60,423 nt of DNA, taken from an uncultured Thermoplasmatales archaeon (lineage in GTDB: Archaea; Thermoplasmatota; E2; UBA202; DSCA01). The translations under genes were made by a program, and so were the position numbers. The stretch spans positions 1-60,423 of the forward strand of contig CAZESS010000013.1 in NCBI GenBank assembly GCA_964514975.1, written 5' to 3'. The notes under the pieces were generated by a model that did no database searches, was not told the DNA's origin, and worked only from the letters and a program-made list of their open reading frames with translations. This document shows, in pieces, positions 26,401 to 35,395 of this stretch (within the stretch, counting starts at the first letter, position 1; every line of letters starts with the position of its first letter).

Positions 26401-29355
26401 GTTTCAAATAATGACATCCGCTTTAAAGGTGATATAAATGTCCTTTCCGGCGGTCTTTTTAATTTCAGCAACGCACGATTAAATCTCCATTGCGAATCGA
26501 GTTCCTCACCCAAAATAAACGTTTATGGCAGTGGAGAGATGAACATTCGTAATAGCAATATCAGTAATCCATATACATCATACCCGTTCACATTTGTGGT
26601 GAGGGATGGTGCTACCTTCACAATGGCCGATAGTGAACTGCATGGATGCGGTTACGCCGACATTATCCCTTTAAAGTGGGGGTTATACATTGCAGCAGAT
26701 AATTCCAAAATCTCCAACTGCTCTATTTCAGATAATCATTATGGGATTGTTTTTAGCTATTCTGAGAATAATACAGTTCAAAATTGTGATATTTCAAACA
26801 ACATATTGGGCATTAAACTTCGTCACTATTCAAACAACAATACCATCGTGAGTAACACCATCTCCGATAACGACTATGGCGTGAACCTTACCTGTAGTGT
26901 AGATAATCTATTTTATCACAACAATTTTAACAATAATATTCGGAATGCGTACTGTGACGATGGCAACAACACGTGGCATAACACTACCGTATTAGAAGGA
27001 AATTACTGGCATGATTACACCGGCCTTGACTTGGATGACGATGGCATCGGCGATACACCTTATACCGTCCCTGGCCCCCCTGTTCAACATGACGAATATC
27101 CCTTGGAACATCCCTATGGCTCAATTACCAATCTCGATACAAAACTGATATTTTTAACGATTCAGTTGGCTGTTGATGATACTAGCACTTTTGACGGGCA
27201 TACAATCTATGTAAAAAACCATGTTTACTATGAAAACGTGTATATAGATAAAGCTATCAAACTAATAGGGGAAGACAGGAACATGACGATAATCGACGGC
27301 AGCGGTATTGATGATACTGTTTATGTAGACACAGACCATGTTAGCGTTAGCGGGTTCACCTTACGAGATGCCCCATTTGGCGATGCGGGTATCGACATAC
27401 GTTCCAGTTACAATAGTATTACCGATAACAAAATCCAATACAACGGTGATGGTATCTACTTGAAATATTCCAATAATAATACCATCACCAACAACATCAT
27501 CAGAAATAACCATGATGTAGGGTTAAGGTTGTCCTCAGCTAGCAATAGTTCCAGTTACAATATTATTACCGATAACAAAATCCAATACAACGGTGATGGT
27601 ATCTACCTGAAATATTCCAATAATAATACCATCACCAACAACATCATCAGAAATAACCATGATGTAGGGTTAAGGTTGTCCTCAGCTAGCAATAACACGA
27701 TTACGGGGAATAATGCCACCAGCAACGACTGCGGCATCTGGATAGATGCCTCTGGCAATAACACGGTTTATGATAATGTCTTTAAAAACATAAACAATGT
27801 TCACGGCGATGGAGACAATATCTGGAATATATCAAAGATATCGGGCGTAAATATAATCGGAGGGCCCTATCTCGGTGGCAACTACTGGGGCGATTACACC
27901 GGAGTTGATGTAGACGGAGATGGGCTTGGCGATACCCATGTTCCGTATAGGCCAGGGGATCAACTCCCACTAACAGATCCCAACTATGCACCGACTGCAT
28001 CGTTCACGGTAGAGCCGATGTCGCCGTCAACGGTGGATGTCGTCTATTTTAATAGCACGAGCAGTGATAGTGATGGAAATATCATGAATTGGACGTGGGA
28101 TATGCATGATGGCACAACTCTGTATGGTGAGGAGGTTATACATAGCTACACGGATGACGGCAGTTATAATGTTACTCTGACGGTGGAAGATGACGACGGA
28201 GCTGAGGGGATAGCACATTTTACCATCACAGTGTATGATATGAATCCGCCGGTCACCGTGAAGATGGTGGGCCAGCCGAGTTATGGCCCTGACGATATCT
28301 GGGTGACCTCATCGACTCAGTTCACTTTTACCGCGTTCGACAACGACTCTGGCGTGAATCATACCTATTACAGGATATGGTGTAACGGCAACTGGACACC
28401 CTGGGCTAAGTATACTGGAAGCTTCACGCTCTCTAGTCAGTGTTCACATTACCTTGAATATTACTCGGTTGATAATGCTGGGAATGTGGAAAATATAACG
28501 AACCACACCCATTATGTTGATGATACACCGCCGGTAGCCACCGTTGATTCAATCCAGAATGTGCCTGCTATCCCGTTCGCTGTAACAGCGACCGCTAGTG
28601 ACGATGGCTGCAACAATGGATGCGGCGTCGACCAAGTCACCCTGTGGTTCCGCTATAGTTATGATAATGTTACGTGGAGCAACTGGATATTGTATGGGAC
28701 TGATTATGCTGGGCCGTGGGAGTGGATGTTCTGTGCTCCACCCAATGGCTCTGCGTATTACCAGTTCTATGCCACCGCTATTGACCACCTCGGCAACGAG
28801 GAGGCTCAGTCCAGAGCCGTGGAGACCTCTGTGTATGTCCCCCAGACCACCCATACTTGTTCGATCTATCAGGGCTGGAACCTGATAACGGTGTCGATGG
28901 AGAATGATTATACTGCCTCATCACTTGGCCAAAACATTTCGGGCTGCACCATCGTTGCCTATTACAACGCGACGAGCGGAATGTTTGAGTCGTTCCTTGT
29001 TGGAGTGTCGCCCCCGTCCGCTGATTTCGTGATTGAGGATGGTGTGGGATATTTCGTCTATATGGCCACGGATACGTTTTATGGCGGTGTCGACATCCCG
29101 ATATCAAATGTGTCCGTTGATCTTTCTGCAGGCTGGAACACGTTGGGCTGGTGTAACACAACAGCGACCAGTGCAAGCGGTTTGGGCACCGCGATTAATA
29201 ACTGTACGATTGTGGCCTATTGGAACGCGTCGAGCAGCACCTTCCAGTCATATCTCGTCGGCATATCCCCGCCCTCGGTGGATTTCCATATTGAGCGGGG
29301 TATGGGCGTCTTCGTGTATGTGACAAAACCTGGTGTTTGGCATGGCGAGGGATAA
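23440..29355 (+). CDS. 1971-aa secreted protein: clostripain (C11) domain, beta-helix (NosD/CASH) repeats, PKD and Ig-like domains, duplicated C-terminal GWN domain
   Basis: Signal peptide; WTMMVYM..DNDL, LWDHGSG, FDACLMG; many I..N.I..N..GI coils; GNYW; PKD signature WTWDMHDG...HSY...GSYNVTLTV. Confidence 0.9.
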   Translation: MIFNSTVKRENFLKILLPIAIATIVISIFYAGAASAHNATRTPDWTMMVYMCRDNDLDDIGYYDAIEIENSQASNVDVLVLKDYNTTFQDDTYLQHVNNGNSYVYNHSDIPWLDHEENMGDGDTLYDFVNWSVGNFPSDRYFLVLWDHGSGVWGCCNDDNSGGEKLRMEEIRGALSTSMQQQGIGKIDIIHFDACLMGNTEVCFEVQEFGDYIIGSEKVSWGKDGYGTHFNFKKIINEMNTTSNAEYMAKWAMNQAMNSSENNHGGRSHTWSVIDIDEMTTLNESINSFAEELMDNFYDYAEEIYTARNKTEDYQPNVNNIYVDLYDFAYNIFNDSSLPTLLRTRAWRVIDAIDGSDGDGIVVLERHHTGNNDIPVDNAHGITIYFPPNKMFESIASYNDASLGVQNFTNNSRWDEWLSMFFNTFFVDDNFNSSTPGWGIDHFDNIQDALGDAGTGDTIRIFSGIYHEPPGLTIDKSVKLVGDGPLSTKISDTPITIMVDNVSISSCRINNTGGSYVISVDAENVTISNCYLLDNNGSCLIGVDADNLVVQNCAISQAPSYGIELTDSDYVQILDNHINYNRDGIYLDSSHHAQIYAKNYSSYVHDNSRFGIYIWSSINTEIYGEDHSCCLNVQDNGGDGIVILSNSYNSSISNYCRIFNNNGDGIHIQKSNNTTVVDCDIGVTTYNGGYGIYADSNSLNTDARFNYWGDASGPGAMSPGSGGPGSGDEITSNVNYSPWLGYPAGTLPQAFYVDSTGKIQDAIDHATSGDSVLVFPGTYVENVLVWKSHLTISGYYENDYPIISGRTRGNTVEIKRPAHYTTIERFNISVSSRGNGVYIYRSSYATVSQCNVHSTGGSGINFSCGCSHNGLVTECQVNLHDLGKDGIVLGYSEDGGRYYCGANNITITDCHISNCVDKGISIKKYCRDNTIADCGIFDNGMNGVFNKGNNTDILNCNIYDNGMGNDGAGIFCHPNSSADWEIDDTTSVSNNDIRFKGDINVLSGGLFNFSNARLNLHCESSSSPKINVYGSGEMNIRNSNISNPYTSYPFTFVVRDGATFTMADSELHGCGYADIIPLKWGLYIAADNSKISNCSISDNHYGIVFSYSENNTVQNCDISNNILGIKLRHYSNNNTIVSNTISDNDYGVNLTCSVDNLFYHNNFNNNIRNAYCDDGNNTWHNTTVLEGNYWHDYTGLDLDDDGIGDTPYTVPGPPVQHDEYPLEHPYGSITNLDTKLIFLTIQLAVDDTSTFDGHTIYVKNHVYYENVYIDKAIKLIGEDRNMTIIDGSGIDDTVYVDTDHVSVSGFTLRDAPFGDAGIDIRSSYNSITDNKIQYNGDGIYLKYSNNNTITNNIIRNNHDVGLRLSSASNSSSYNIITDNKIQYNGDGIYLKYSNNNTITNNIIRNNHDVGLRLSSASNNTITGNNATSNDCGIWIDASGNNTVYDNVFKNINNVHGDGDNIWNISKISGVNIIGGPYLGGNYWGDYTGVDVDGDGLGDTHVPYRPGDQLPLTDPNYAPTASFTVEPMSPSTVDVVYFNSTSSDSDGNIMNWTWDMHDGTTLYGEEVIHSYTDDGSYNVTLTVEDDDGAEGIAHFTITVYDMNPPVTVKMVGQPSYGPDDIWVTSSTQFTFTAFDNDSGVNHTYYRIWCNGNWTPWAKYTGSFTLSSQCSHYLEYYSVDNAGNVENITNHTHYVDDTPPVATVDSIQNVPAIPFAVTATASDDGCNNGCGVDQVTLWFRYSYDNVTWSNWILYGTDYAGPWEWMFCAPPNGSAYYQFYATAIDHLGNEEAQSRAVETSVYVPQTTHTCSIYQGWNLITVSMENDYTASSLGQNISGCTIVAYYNATSGMFESFLVGVSPPSADFVIEDGVGYFVYMATDTFYGGVDIPISNVSVDLSAGWNTLGWCNTTATSASGLGTAINNCTIVAYWNASSSTFQSYLVGISPPSVDFHIERGMGVFVYVTKPGVWHGEG
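27401..27694 (+). repeat. 147-bp in-frame tandem duplication
   Basis: 27401-27547 and 27548-27694 differ at two positions; the unit encodes 49 aa. Confidence 0.92.
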
Positions 29356-29455
29356 ATAAGGCCCAGGTGGTGCAATCCCCAGATGTGAGAGGGACGGCTA
29401 AAATTTTTGGGAGGGCAAAAGAATAAATTGCGGCAGCCCATATTATATATGATAG

Positions 29456-29626
29456 ATGATGGCACGGGTGCGGATTGAGGACATGGGCAGTCAAAAAGAA
29501 ACATATGGCAATGCGGAGATCGATTATTCCTGCAGGGCTGTCATTGTGCGTGGCGGGAAAGGCTTTGAATGCAAGGTCATTCCCTTTGAGCAGGTGAAGG
29601 CTGTGCTGGAATTATCCGATGAATAG
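29456..29626 (+). pseudogene. Tyrosine recombinase/integrase fragment
   Basis: MMARVRIEDMGSQKETYGNAEIDYSCRAVIVRGGKGFECKVIPF... resembles the L..EDID......VR.GKG.K.R.VP segment of Xer/Int enzymes; adjacent to attR. Confidence 0.5.
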
Positions 29627-29637
29627 GGCTTAGAGTA

Positions 29638-29649
29638 TTTACTAGTAAA
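29638..29649. repeat. Palindrome TTTACTAGTAAA inside the right end
   Basis: Same 12-bp palindrome as 19905-19916. Confidence 0.85.
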
Positions 29650-29659
29650 CTCGTGCGCA

Positions 29660-29676
29660 AATCCCGGCGCCCGCAT
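29660..29676 (+). repeat. attR-like direct repeat
   Basis: AATCCCGGCGCCCGCAT, copy of the tRNA-Gly 3' end. Confidence 0.9.
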
Positions 29677-29756
29677 TTTTGTTGGCAGGTTGTGGTGCAT
29701 GCATGGACGCCGCCGGTGTCCGCGAGGCTTATATATGAAAACCTGTATGAAACTGT

Positions 29757-32282
29757 ATGAAAAAGGTCATGTCGATACTGCTTGTCTGTATGCTGCTCTG
29801 TGGGGGGCTGAGCGCGGCTGCCATGAGCCGGGAGCGCCTGCTGCCCGGTGACGGCGTGGTGACGGCGCATCCCCGCGCCCGCCAGATGAGCCTATCGGTG
29901 CCGGATGTAGGCCTCGTGCAGGAGAGCAGCGGGTATGTGGATGTTTCCCTGCCGGAGGCGGATGCCTATCTGATGAACCCGGGGCAGCCCGTGCTTCCAA
30001 GGCTGGTGGAAACCGTCGAGCTGCCGTTTGGCGCCCGGAACATCCAGGTGGAGGTGACCGTGACGGGCACCCGGCAGATGTCCATTGAGGGACAGGTGCA
30101 GCCGGCGCCGGCGCCCCGGCCGCTGGCCACGAGCTACAACCGGGCGAGATTTCCAGAGCCACCGGGCAAGGACACATCGCTCTACCAGAGCTCCGAGCTT
30201 TTCCCGGAGGGCTGGTACACTTATCGTGTCGGATGCGGGCTCAACGGCGACATGGAGCACGTCACCCATGTGGCCATTCATGTCTACCCGGTCCGGTATA
30301 CGCCTGCCTCGGGCATTCTGACAGTGGCGGACGGCTTCGAGGTCAGCGTGACCTATGACCGGCCGCGGCGGGCTCTGTCTGCGGCGGATGAATACGACAT
30401 GGTCATCGTTGCGCCGGAGGCATTTGCCGGAGACCTGGAGCGGCTCGTTGAGCACAAAAACAGCCATGGCATCGCCACGCTGCTGAAGACCACCGCGGAG
30501 ATATACCAGGAGTATGACGGGGTCGACCGACCCGAGCAGATCAAGTATTTCATCAAGGACGCACTCGAAACATATGGCATCAGCTATGTCATGCTGGTCG
30601 GCGGCCTCAAGTCTATCTGGTATGCGAAGCCCCGCGACACCAAAAACTACGGCGTCCAGGGATGGCATGTGCCAGTCCGGTATTCCAACCTGTATTCGGG
30701 TGAGCCGGGCTACCCGTGCGACCTCTACTACGCGGACATTTACAGGGCAGGTGGCGCCTTCGCTGACTGGGATTCCAACGGCAATGGTGTCTTCGCGGAG
30801 TGGACCGATGAAAACGGCCAGCCGGAGGATGACCTCGACCTGTATCCGGATGTGGCGGTCGGCCGGCTTGCCTGCCGCAGCCGCACCGAGGTGACGAACA
30901 TGGTCGACAAGATCATCGCCTACGAGGGCAGCACCTATGGCAGCGACTGGTTCGACCGGATGCTCGTGGTCTCCGGCGACGGGTTTATGGACCAGCAGGA
31001 CCTCGACATCAGATGGGATACCTCGGGTCTGCCCGACGGCGACTATGTCATCCACGCGCAGAGCAGCAACCCCGCGGGCGATAGCGGGCCTGTCGACGTG
31101 GTCAACGTCACGGTGGACAGGACCGCGGAGACGGACATCAGTTTCAACCACGATGACCATCTCAACCCCGCGTTGCAGCCGCTCACCGAGAGCTACCCGG
31201 CGCTGCCCATCGCGGAGATATGTACCGTGTCCGAGGGAGACACCCTGGGCAGCTCCGATTACACGTATACGCCCACCGAGAGCGAGGCATACTGCAACAA
31301 CCTGTTCTGGTGGGCCAACGTGAGCTATGTCGACGACGTTTTGACCATCCGCGGCAAGAGCTACGACCCGCAGCCCTATGGCAACCTGACAGACATCCAT
31401 GTCTGGATTACCAACGGCGAGGGCGAGATGGTGTTCGAGGACTGGCGCAACGACACCGAGACATATTACGAGGGTGAATGGTGCACCGGCGAGGTGCCAT
31501 TGCACGGCCGCTCGGGCGCCCTGGGCTACATGCCCGCCTCATTTGAGCGGGACATCCTGTGGACGTCCAACGGCAAGTTCACCGGCCAGGAGGACGTCAT
31601 CGAGGCCTTTTCCAGGGGCTACGGCTTCGCGTTTTTCTCCGGCCACGGCAGCCCCGGGTACTGGGGCGACCAGTATCCCGGCATCCCGGGCAACCGGCAG
31701 CATGGCTCCGTGGACGGCCTCACCGTGTCACAGGTCTCGCCGTTTTTCCCCTGGGTGCAACGCCCGGCGTTTCCGATGAACCAGCTTGACAACAACGGCA
31801 AATATCCCGTGGTCGTGGTCGGCGGCTGCCACAACAGCCTGTTCAACGTCTCGGTCATCCCCTCGGTGCTTGACATCTTCATGCTCCTGTTCTTCGGCAA
31901 AAACATCTACATGCACACCTACGGCCAGCCGACCCCGGAATGCTGGGGCTGGTATATCGTCAAAATGCCCGACACGGGCGCCATCGCCTCCATCGGCAAC
32001 ACCGGCTTCGGCTGGGGCTGGGAGGGCGAATACTGCACCGTCGGTGCCGGTGACGGCTGGATAACCTCTGAGTTTTTCCGCCAGTACGGCGAACAGGGCT
32101 ACCAGGTGCTTGGCACCGCCCACAGCCAGACGATCACCACCTACATATCCCATCACAGGGACTTCCGGCTCCTGGAATGCTGGTGGAATCCAGATCGGGG
32201 ATGGGACTGGATAGACGAAAAAACGGTGCAGCAGTGGGTGCTCCTCGGCGACCCGTCGCTCCAGATGGGCGGCTATCCCTGA
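29757..32282 (+). CDS. Secreted C25 (gingipain-like) cysteine peptidase with propeptide and internal insertion
   Basis: Signal peptide, PGQPVLP propeptide, YVMLVGG, DLYYAD, VGRLAC, FSGHGSP, GGCHNS, LLGDPSL. Confidence 0.9.
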   Translation: MKKVMSILLVCMLLCGGLSAAAMSRERLLPGDGVVTAHPRARQMSLSVPDVGLVQESSGYVDVSLPEADAYLMNPGQPVLPRLVETVELPFGARNIQVEVTVTGTRQMSIEGQVQPAPAPRPLATSYNRARFPEPPGKDTSLYQSSELFPEGWYTYRVGCGLNGDMEHVTHVAIHVYPVRYTPASGILTVADGFEVSVTYDRPRRALSAADEYDMVIVAPEAFAGDLERLVEHKNSHGIATLLKTTAEIYQEYDGVDRPEQIKYFIKDALETYGISYVMLVGGLKSIWYAKPRDTKNYGVQGWHVPVRYSNLYSGEPGYPCDLYYADIYRAGGAFADWDSNGNGVFAEWTDENGQPEDDLDLYPDVAVGRLACRSRTEVTNMVDKIIAYEGSTYGSDWFDRMLVVSGDGFMDQQDLDIRWDTSGLPDGDYVIHAQSSNPAGDSGPVDVVNVTVDRTAETDISFNHDDHLNPALQPLTESYPALPIAEICTVSEGDTLGSSDYTYTPTESEAYCNNLFWWANVSYVDDVLTIRGKSYDPQPYGNLTDIHVWITNGEGEMVFEDWRNDTETYYEGEWCTGEVPLHGRSGALGYMPASFERDILWTSNGKFTGQEDVIEAFSRGYGFAFFSGHGSPGYWGDQYPGIPGNRQHGSVDGLTVSQVSPFFPWVQRPAFPMNQLDNNGKYPVVVVGGCHNSLFNVSVIPSVLDIFMLLFFGKNIYMHTYGQPTPECWGWYIVKMPDTGAIASIGNTGFGWGWEGEYCTVGAGDGWITSEFFRQYGEQGYQVLGTAHSQTITTYISHHRDFRLLECWWNPDRGWDWIDEKTVQQWVLLGDPSLQMGGYP

Positions 32283-33110
32283 TCAGGCACGCCGCAGATC
32301 CAGCGACAGATCGGCGCTCCGCACCGAATGGGTCAGCCAGCCCAGCGAGATGACATCTGCGTAGGTATAGTTGGTGATGTTGTCCGGGGTGATGCCCCCT
32401 GATACCTCGATGACCACGTCCGGGTAGACCTCCCGCGCCTCGCTCGCCGCTATTTTTCCCTTGGCGGGTGGCATGTTGTCCAGCATGATGATGTCGGCTT
32501 CCTCCTCGGCGGCGATGACCGCCTCCTCCACCGTCTCCACTTCCACCTCGACGGGCATATCCAGCTTTTGCTTGGCCTTGCGGACGGCCTCCCTGATGGA
32601 CATGAACGCCAGGTGGTTGTCCTTGATGATGACACCGTCGTAGAGCCCGTGGCGATGGGTCATGCCCCCGCCGATGTCGACAGCCTTTTTTTCATAGCGG
32701 CGGAACCCCGGCGTGGTCTTGCGCGTCGCGGCGACCTTCACGTCGGGGTTTTTTTTGCGGCAGGTCTCCATGAGCTCATGGGTCAGCGTGGCGATACCTG
32801 TCATCCGGGTGGCAATGTTCAGGGCGAGCCGCTCCGCAGCCAGAATAGCCGTCGCATTGCCGGCGACCCGCATCACGACGTCTCTGCGCTCTGCCTCGTC
32901 GCCATCCCCGGCAACTTGCTCCACGGCGACATCGAAATATTCGAACACCTCGCCGGCCTCGGAAAGCCCGGCCAGGATGCAGTACTGTTTCGCCAGCAGG
33001 TCTCCCTCGGCCCGCTGGTCCGTCAGCAACGCTTTCGATGTCACGTCGCCCGCGCTGCCAAGGTCCTCGTCGATGAAACGCCGCAGGTCTTTGTCGGATA
33101 GCTCGCTCAT
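32283..33110 (-). CDS. nadC: Quinolinate phosphoribosyltransferase
   Basis: EDLG..GDVTS, ATRKTTPG, HRHGLYD, IKDNH, EVEVE, IMLDN, SGGIT. Confidence 0.97.
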   Translation of the reverse strand: MSELSDKDLRRFIDEDLGSAGDVTSKALLTDQRAEGDLLAKQYCILAGLSEAGEVFEYFDVAVEQVAGDGDEAERRDVVMRVAGNATAILAAERLALNIATRMTGIATLTHELMETCRKKNPDVKVAATRKTTPGFRRYEKKAVDIGGGMTHRHGLYDGVIIKDNHLAFMSIREAVRKAKQKLDMPVEVEVETVEEAVIAAEEEADIIMLDNMPPAKGKIAASEAREVYPDVVIEVSGGITPDNITNYTYADVISLGWLTHSVRSADLSLDLRRA

Positions 33111-33145
33111 GGGAACGTATTAATAGAAAGCATCTATTTATTGCT

Positions 33146-33922
33146 ATGGATTCCCTGCAGCTCGGCATCATCGGCTGCGGCGCCATCGGCAGTGATGTCG
33201 CCCACGCGGCCGACCACATGGACGAAATCGAGGCCATCTATCTCTCTGACATCGACGAGGCAAAGGCCAGCGAGCTTGCATCCACGGTCGACAAAGCATC
33301 CGTGGCCGCCTTCGACGACTACCTCGACAGGGTCGACCTGGTGTTCGAGGCAGCCTCCCATCAGGCGGTCAGGCAGTACGCGGAGCGGGTCATCGAATCC
33401 GGCACCGACCTCATCATCATGAGCATCGGCGGGCTTCTGGACGACGAGCTCCGGGAGCGGCTCCGCGACACGGCGCGCCGCCACCGGTGCACCATCTATC
33501 TGCCCTCGGGCGCGGTCTGCGGCATCGACGGCATCAAGGCAGCGCATCATGCAGGCCTCGACGAGGTCACCCTGGTGACCACCAAGTCTCCCGAGTCCCT
33601 GGGCCGCGACCTCGACAAGCGCACCATCATCTTCGAGGGCAAGGCGCGCGATGCCGTCGAATACCTGCCTAAAAACGTGAACGTGGCCGCCTGCCTGTCG
33701 CTCGCCGGCGTCGGCTTCGACCGCACAAAGGTCAAGGTGGTCGCCGACCCCGTGGTCAAGACCAACAGCCACAAGGTCCTCGCCCACGGCGACTTCGGCC
33801 GCCTGCGCGCCGAGGTGGAAAACCTGCCCAACCCGAACAACCCCAAGTCGAGCTACCTTGCATCCCTGTCGGCCATCGCCACGCTCCGCCGGGCGATCGA
33901 CCCCATCCAGATAGGAGCCTAG
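33146..33922 (+). CDS. nadX: L-aspartate dehydrogenase
   Basis: GIIGCGAIG, EAAS, PSGAVCGID, PKNVNVA, NPKSSYLA; divergent from nadC. Confidence 0.95.
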   Translation: MDSLQLGIIGCGAIGSDVAHAADHMDEIEAIYLSDIDEAKASELASTVDKASVAAFDDYLDRVDLVFEAASHQAVRQYAERVIESGTDLIIMSIGGLLDDELRERLRDTARRHRCTIYLPSGAVCGIDGIKAAHHAGLDEVTLVTTKSPESLGRDLDKRTIIFEGKARDAVEYLPKNVNVAACLSLAGVGFDRTKVKVVADPVVKTNSHKVLAHGDFGRLRAEVENLPNPNNPKSSYLASLSAIATLRRAIDPIQIGA

Positions 33923-33923
33923 C

Positions 33924-34517
33924 ATGCGCGTGCTCCAGCTCGTGGCCATCGCCGTCATGGGCGTGCTCCTCGCCGCGGGCACCCACGTGGCCTACGAGAC
34001 GGCGCAGACCTTCAACGAAAACAGGTGCTGGGGCTGCCTGGCGCTCGACCCCGTCGGCACAGCCTTCGAGGGTTTCTGGACCACGTACCCCCCGGCATAT
34101 GATGGCCGGGAGGGCGACACCGTGACCCATCCGGGCTGGATCGACAGGGCGCTCAACGAGACCCCGGTCGTCATGCTGTTTTTCTGGTACCCGGGATGTG
34201 GCTCATGCAAGACGCTCTGGGACAAAATGAAGGACGAGGGCACCGTTGTCGGCGGCGAGGCAGACGGCGCCGTCACCCTGGACAACGTCACCCTGTACAG
34301 CATCGACTTCGTCAGCGGCGGCAACACCACATGGAGCCAAGCCTTCGATGTCTACACCATCGACAAGGGAGCGCCGACCACTGTGGTGCTGTACAAAAAA
34401 GACGGCACCATATACTGGTATGCCTTCGAGGGCGCTACCTACCCCAGGGACCGCAACGGCGACACATTGACCATACAGCAGCTCCTCGAACGGGCGCTGG
34501 AGGAGACGACGCCATGA
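33924..34517 (+). CDS. Membrane-anchored thioredoxin-fold protein
   Basis: N-terminal anchor, CWGC, FFWYPGCGSC, APT cis-Pro-like motif. Confidence 0.7.
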   Translation: MRVLQLVAIAVMGVLLAAGTHVAYETAQTFNENRCWGCLALDPVGTAFEGFWTTYPPAYDGREGDTVTHPGWIDRALNETPVVMLFFWYPGCGSCKTLWDKMKDEGTVVGGEADGAVTLDNVTLYSIDFVSGGNTTWSQAFDVYTIDKGAPTTVVLYKKDGTIYWYAFEGATYPRDRNGDTLTIQQLLERALEETTP

Positions 34518-35395
34518 CCCTGTGCGGGTTCAACTGCGGCGCATGTCCCTTTGCCTATCTCTGCATCCCGATGGCCGTCGGCGCCGCCATCGTCTGGAAG
34601 CAGTATGCGGAGTCCGCGATGCAGAAAAAGCGCTTTACCTCCCAGGTGTCGTTCCTGTTTATCTCCAACCTGGCCTTCCTCGTCGGCAGCACCGGGCTTG
34701 TGTACACCTATTTTTACTGCTGGGAGGCCCCGCTGGCGGCGATGGCCTGCCCCATCGGCATCCTGGAGCATGCGGCCATCGAGGTCAACCTCATGCTCGG
34801 CGTCTACCTGGCTGGCTTCGTCGGCCTTGTCTCCGTGGTCTTTGGCCGCGCCGCGTGCGGATGGGCCTGCCCCATCGGGTTTTTGCAGGACATGATCGGG
34901 ATACGGAAAAAAATCAGGAGCCGTCTGGCCCGAACGCTTGACCGGCATGGCAGATGGCTGAAATGGGGCATCCTGTTCGCCATCGCCCCCCTGTCATATG
35001 TTACCGGGCTGATGGCCTTCACCGAGATATGCCCCATCGGCGGGTTGACGGCGACGCTGCCCACGCTGGCGCTCGACCCCGGTGCCTACACCTTTTCGGC
35101 CTTTTTTTACCCGAAGATGCTTGCGCTCGCTGGCTTCTTTGTCCTGGCGGTGCTGCTCATCCGGGGATGGTGCCGCCATCTCTGCCCCATCGGCGCCATG
35201 ATGGCTCCGTTCAACCGCTTCAGCCTGCTGCAGCTCAGGGTTGACCATGAGAACTGCATCCACTGCGGCAGATGCGCCGACATCTGCCCGATGGACGTCG
35301 ACATGCCCGAGCATCCCGCCAGTGCGGAATGCGTCCGGTGCGGCCGCTGCGTCGAGGTCTGCCCGGTCGACGTTATCTCGCTGGGTTTTAGATGA
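34514..35395 (+). CDS. Membrane 4Fe-4S ferredoxin (NapH/MauN-like)
   Basis: ACPIG, GRAACGWACP, ICPIG, WCRHLCP, two CxxCxxCxxxCP motifs; ATG overlaps the upstream stop. Confidence 0.88.
   Translation: MTLCGFNCGACPFAYLCIPMAVGAAIVWKQYAESAMQKKRFTSQVSFLFISNLAFLVGSTGLVYTYFYCWEAPLAAMACPIGILEHAAIEVNLMLGVYLAGFVGLVSVVFGRAACGWACPIGFLQDMIGIRKKIRSRLARTLDRHGRWLKWGILFAIAPLSYVTGLMAFTEICPIGGLTATLPTLALDPGAYTFSAFFYPKMLALAGFFVLAVLLIRGWCRHLCPIGAMMAPFNRFSLLQLRVDHENCIHCGRCADICPMDVDMPEHPASAECVRCGRCVEVCPVDVISLGFR

Larger units (their letters stand above)
19885..29676. mobile_element. ~9.8-kb low-GC genomic island integrated at tRNA-Gly
   Basis: 17-bp direct repeats of the tRNA 3' end; abrupt GC drop after the tRNA; integrase-like remnant beside the right repeat. 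Confidence 0.88.

Noticed and set aside
27401-27694. Possible diversity-generating retroelement TR/VR pair
   Set aside because: The copies are adjacent and in-frame, the mismatches are not adenine-specific in one copy and no reverse transcriptase is present
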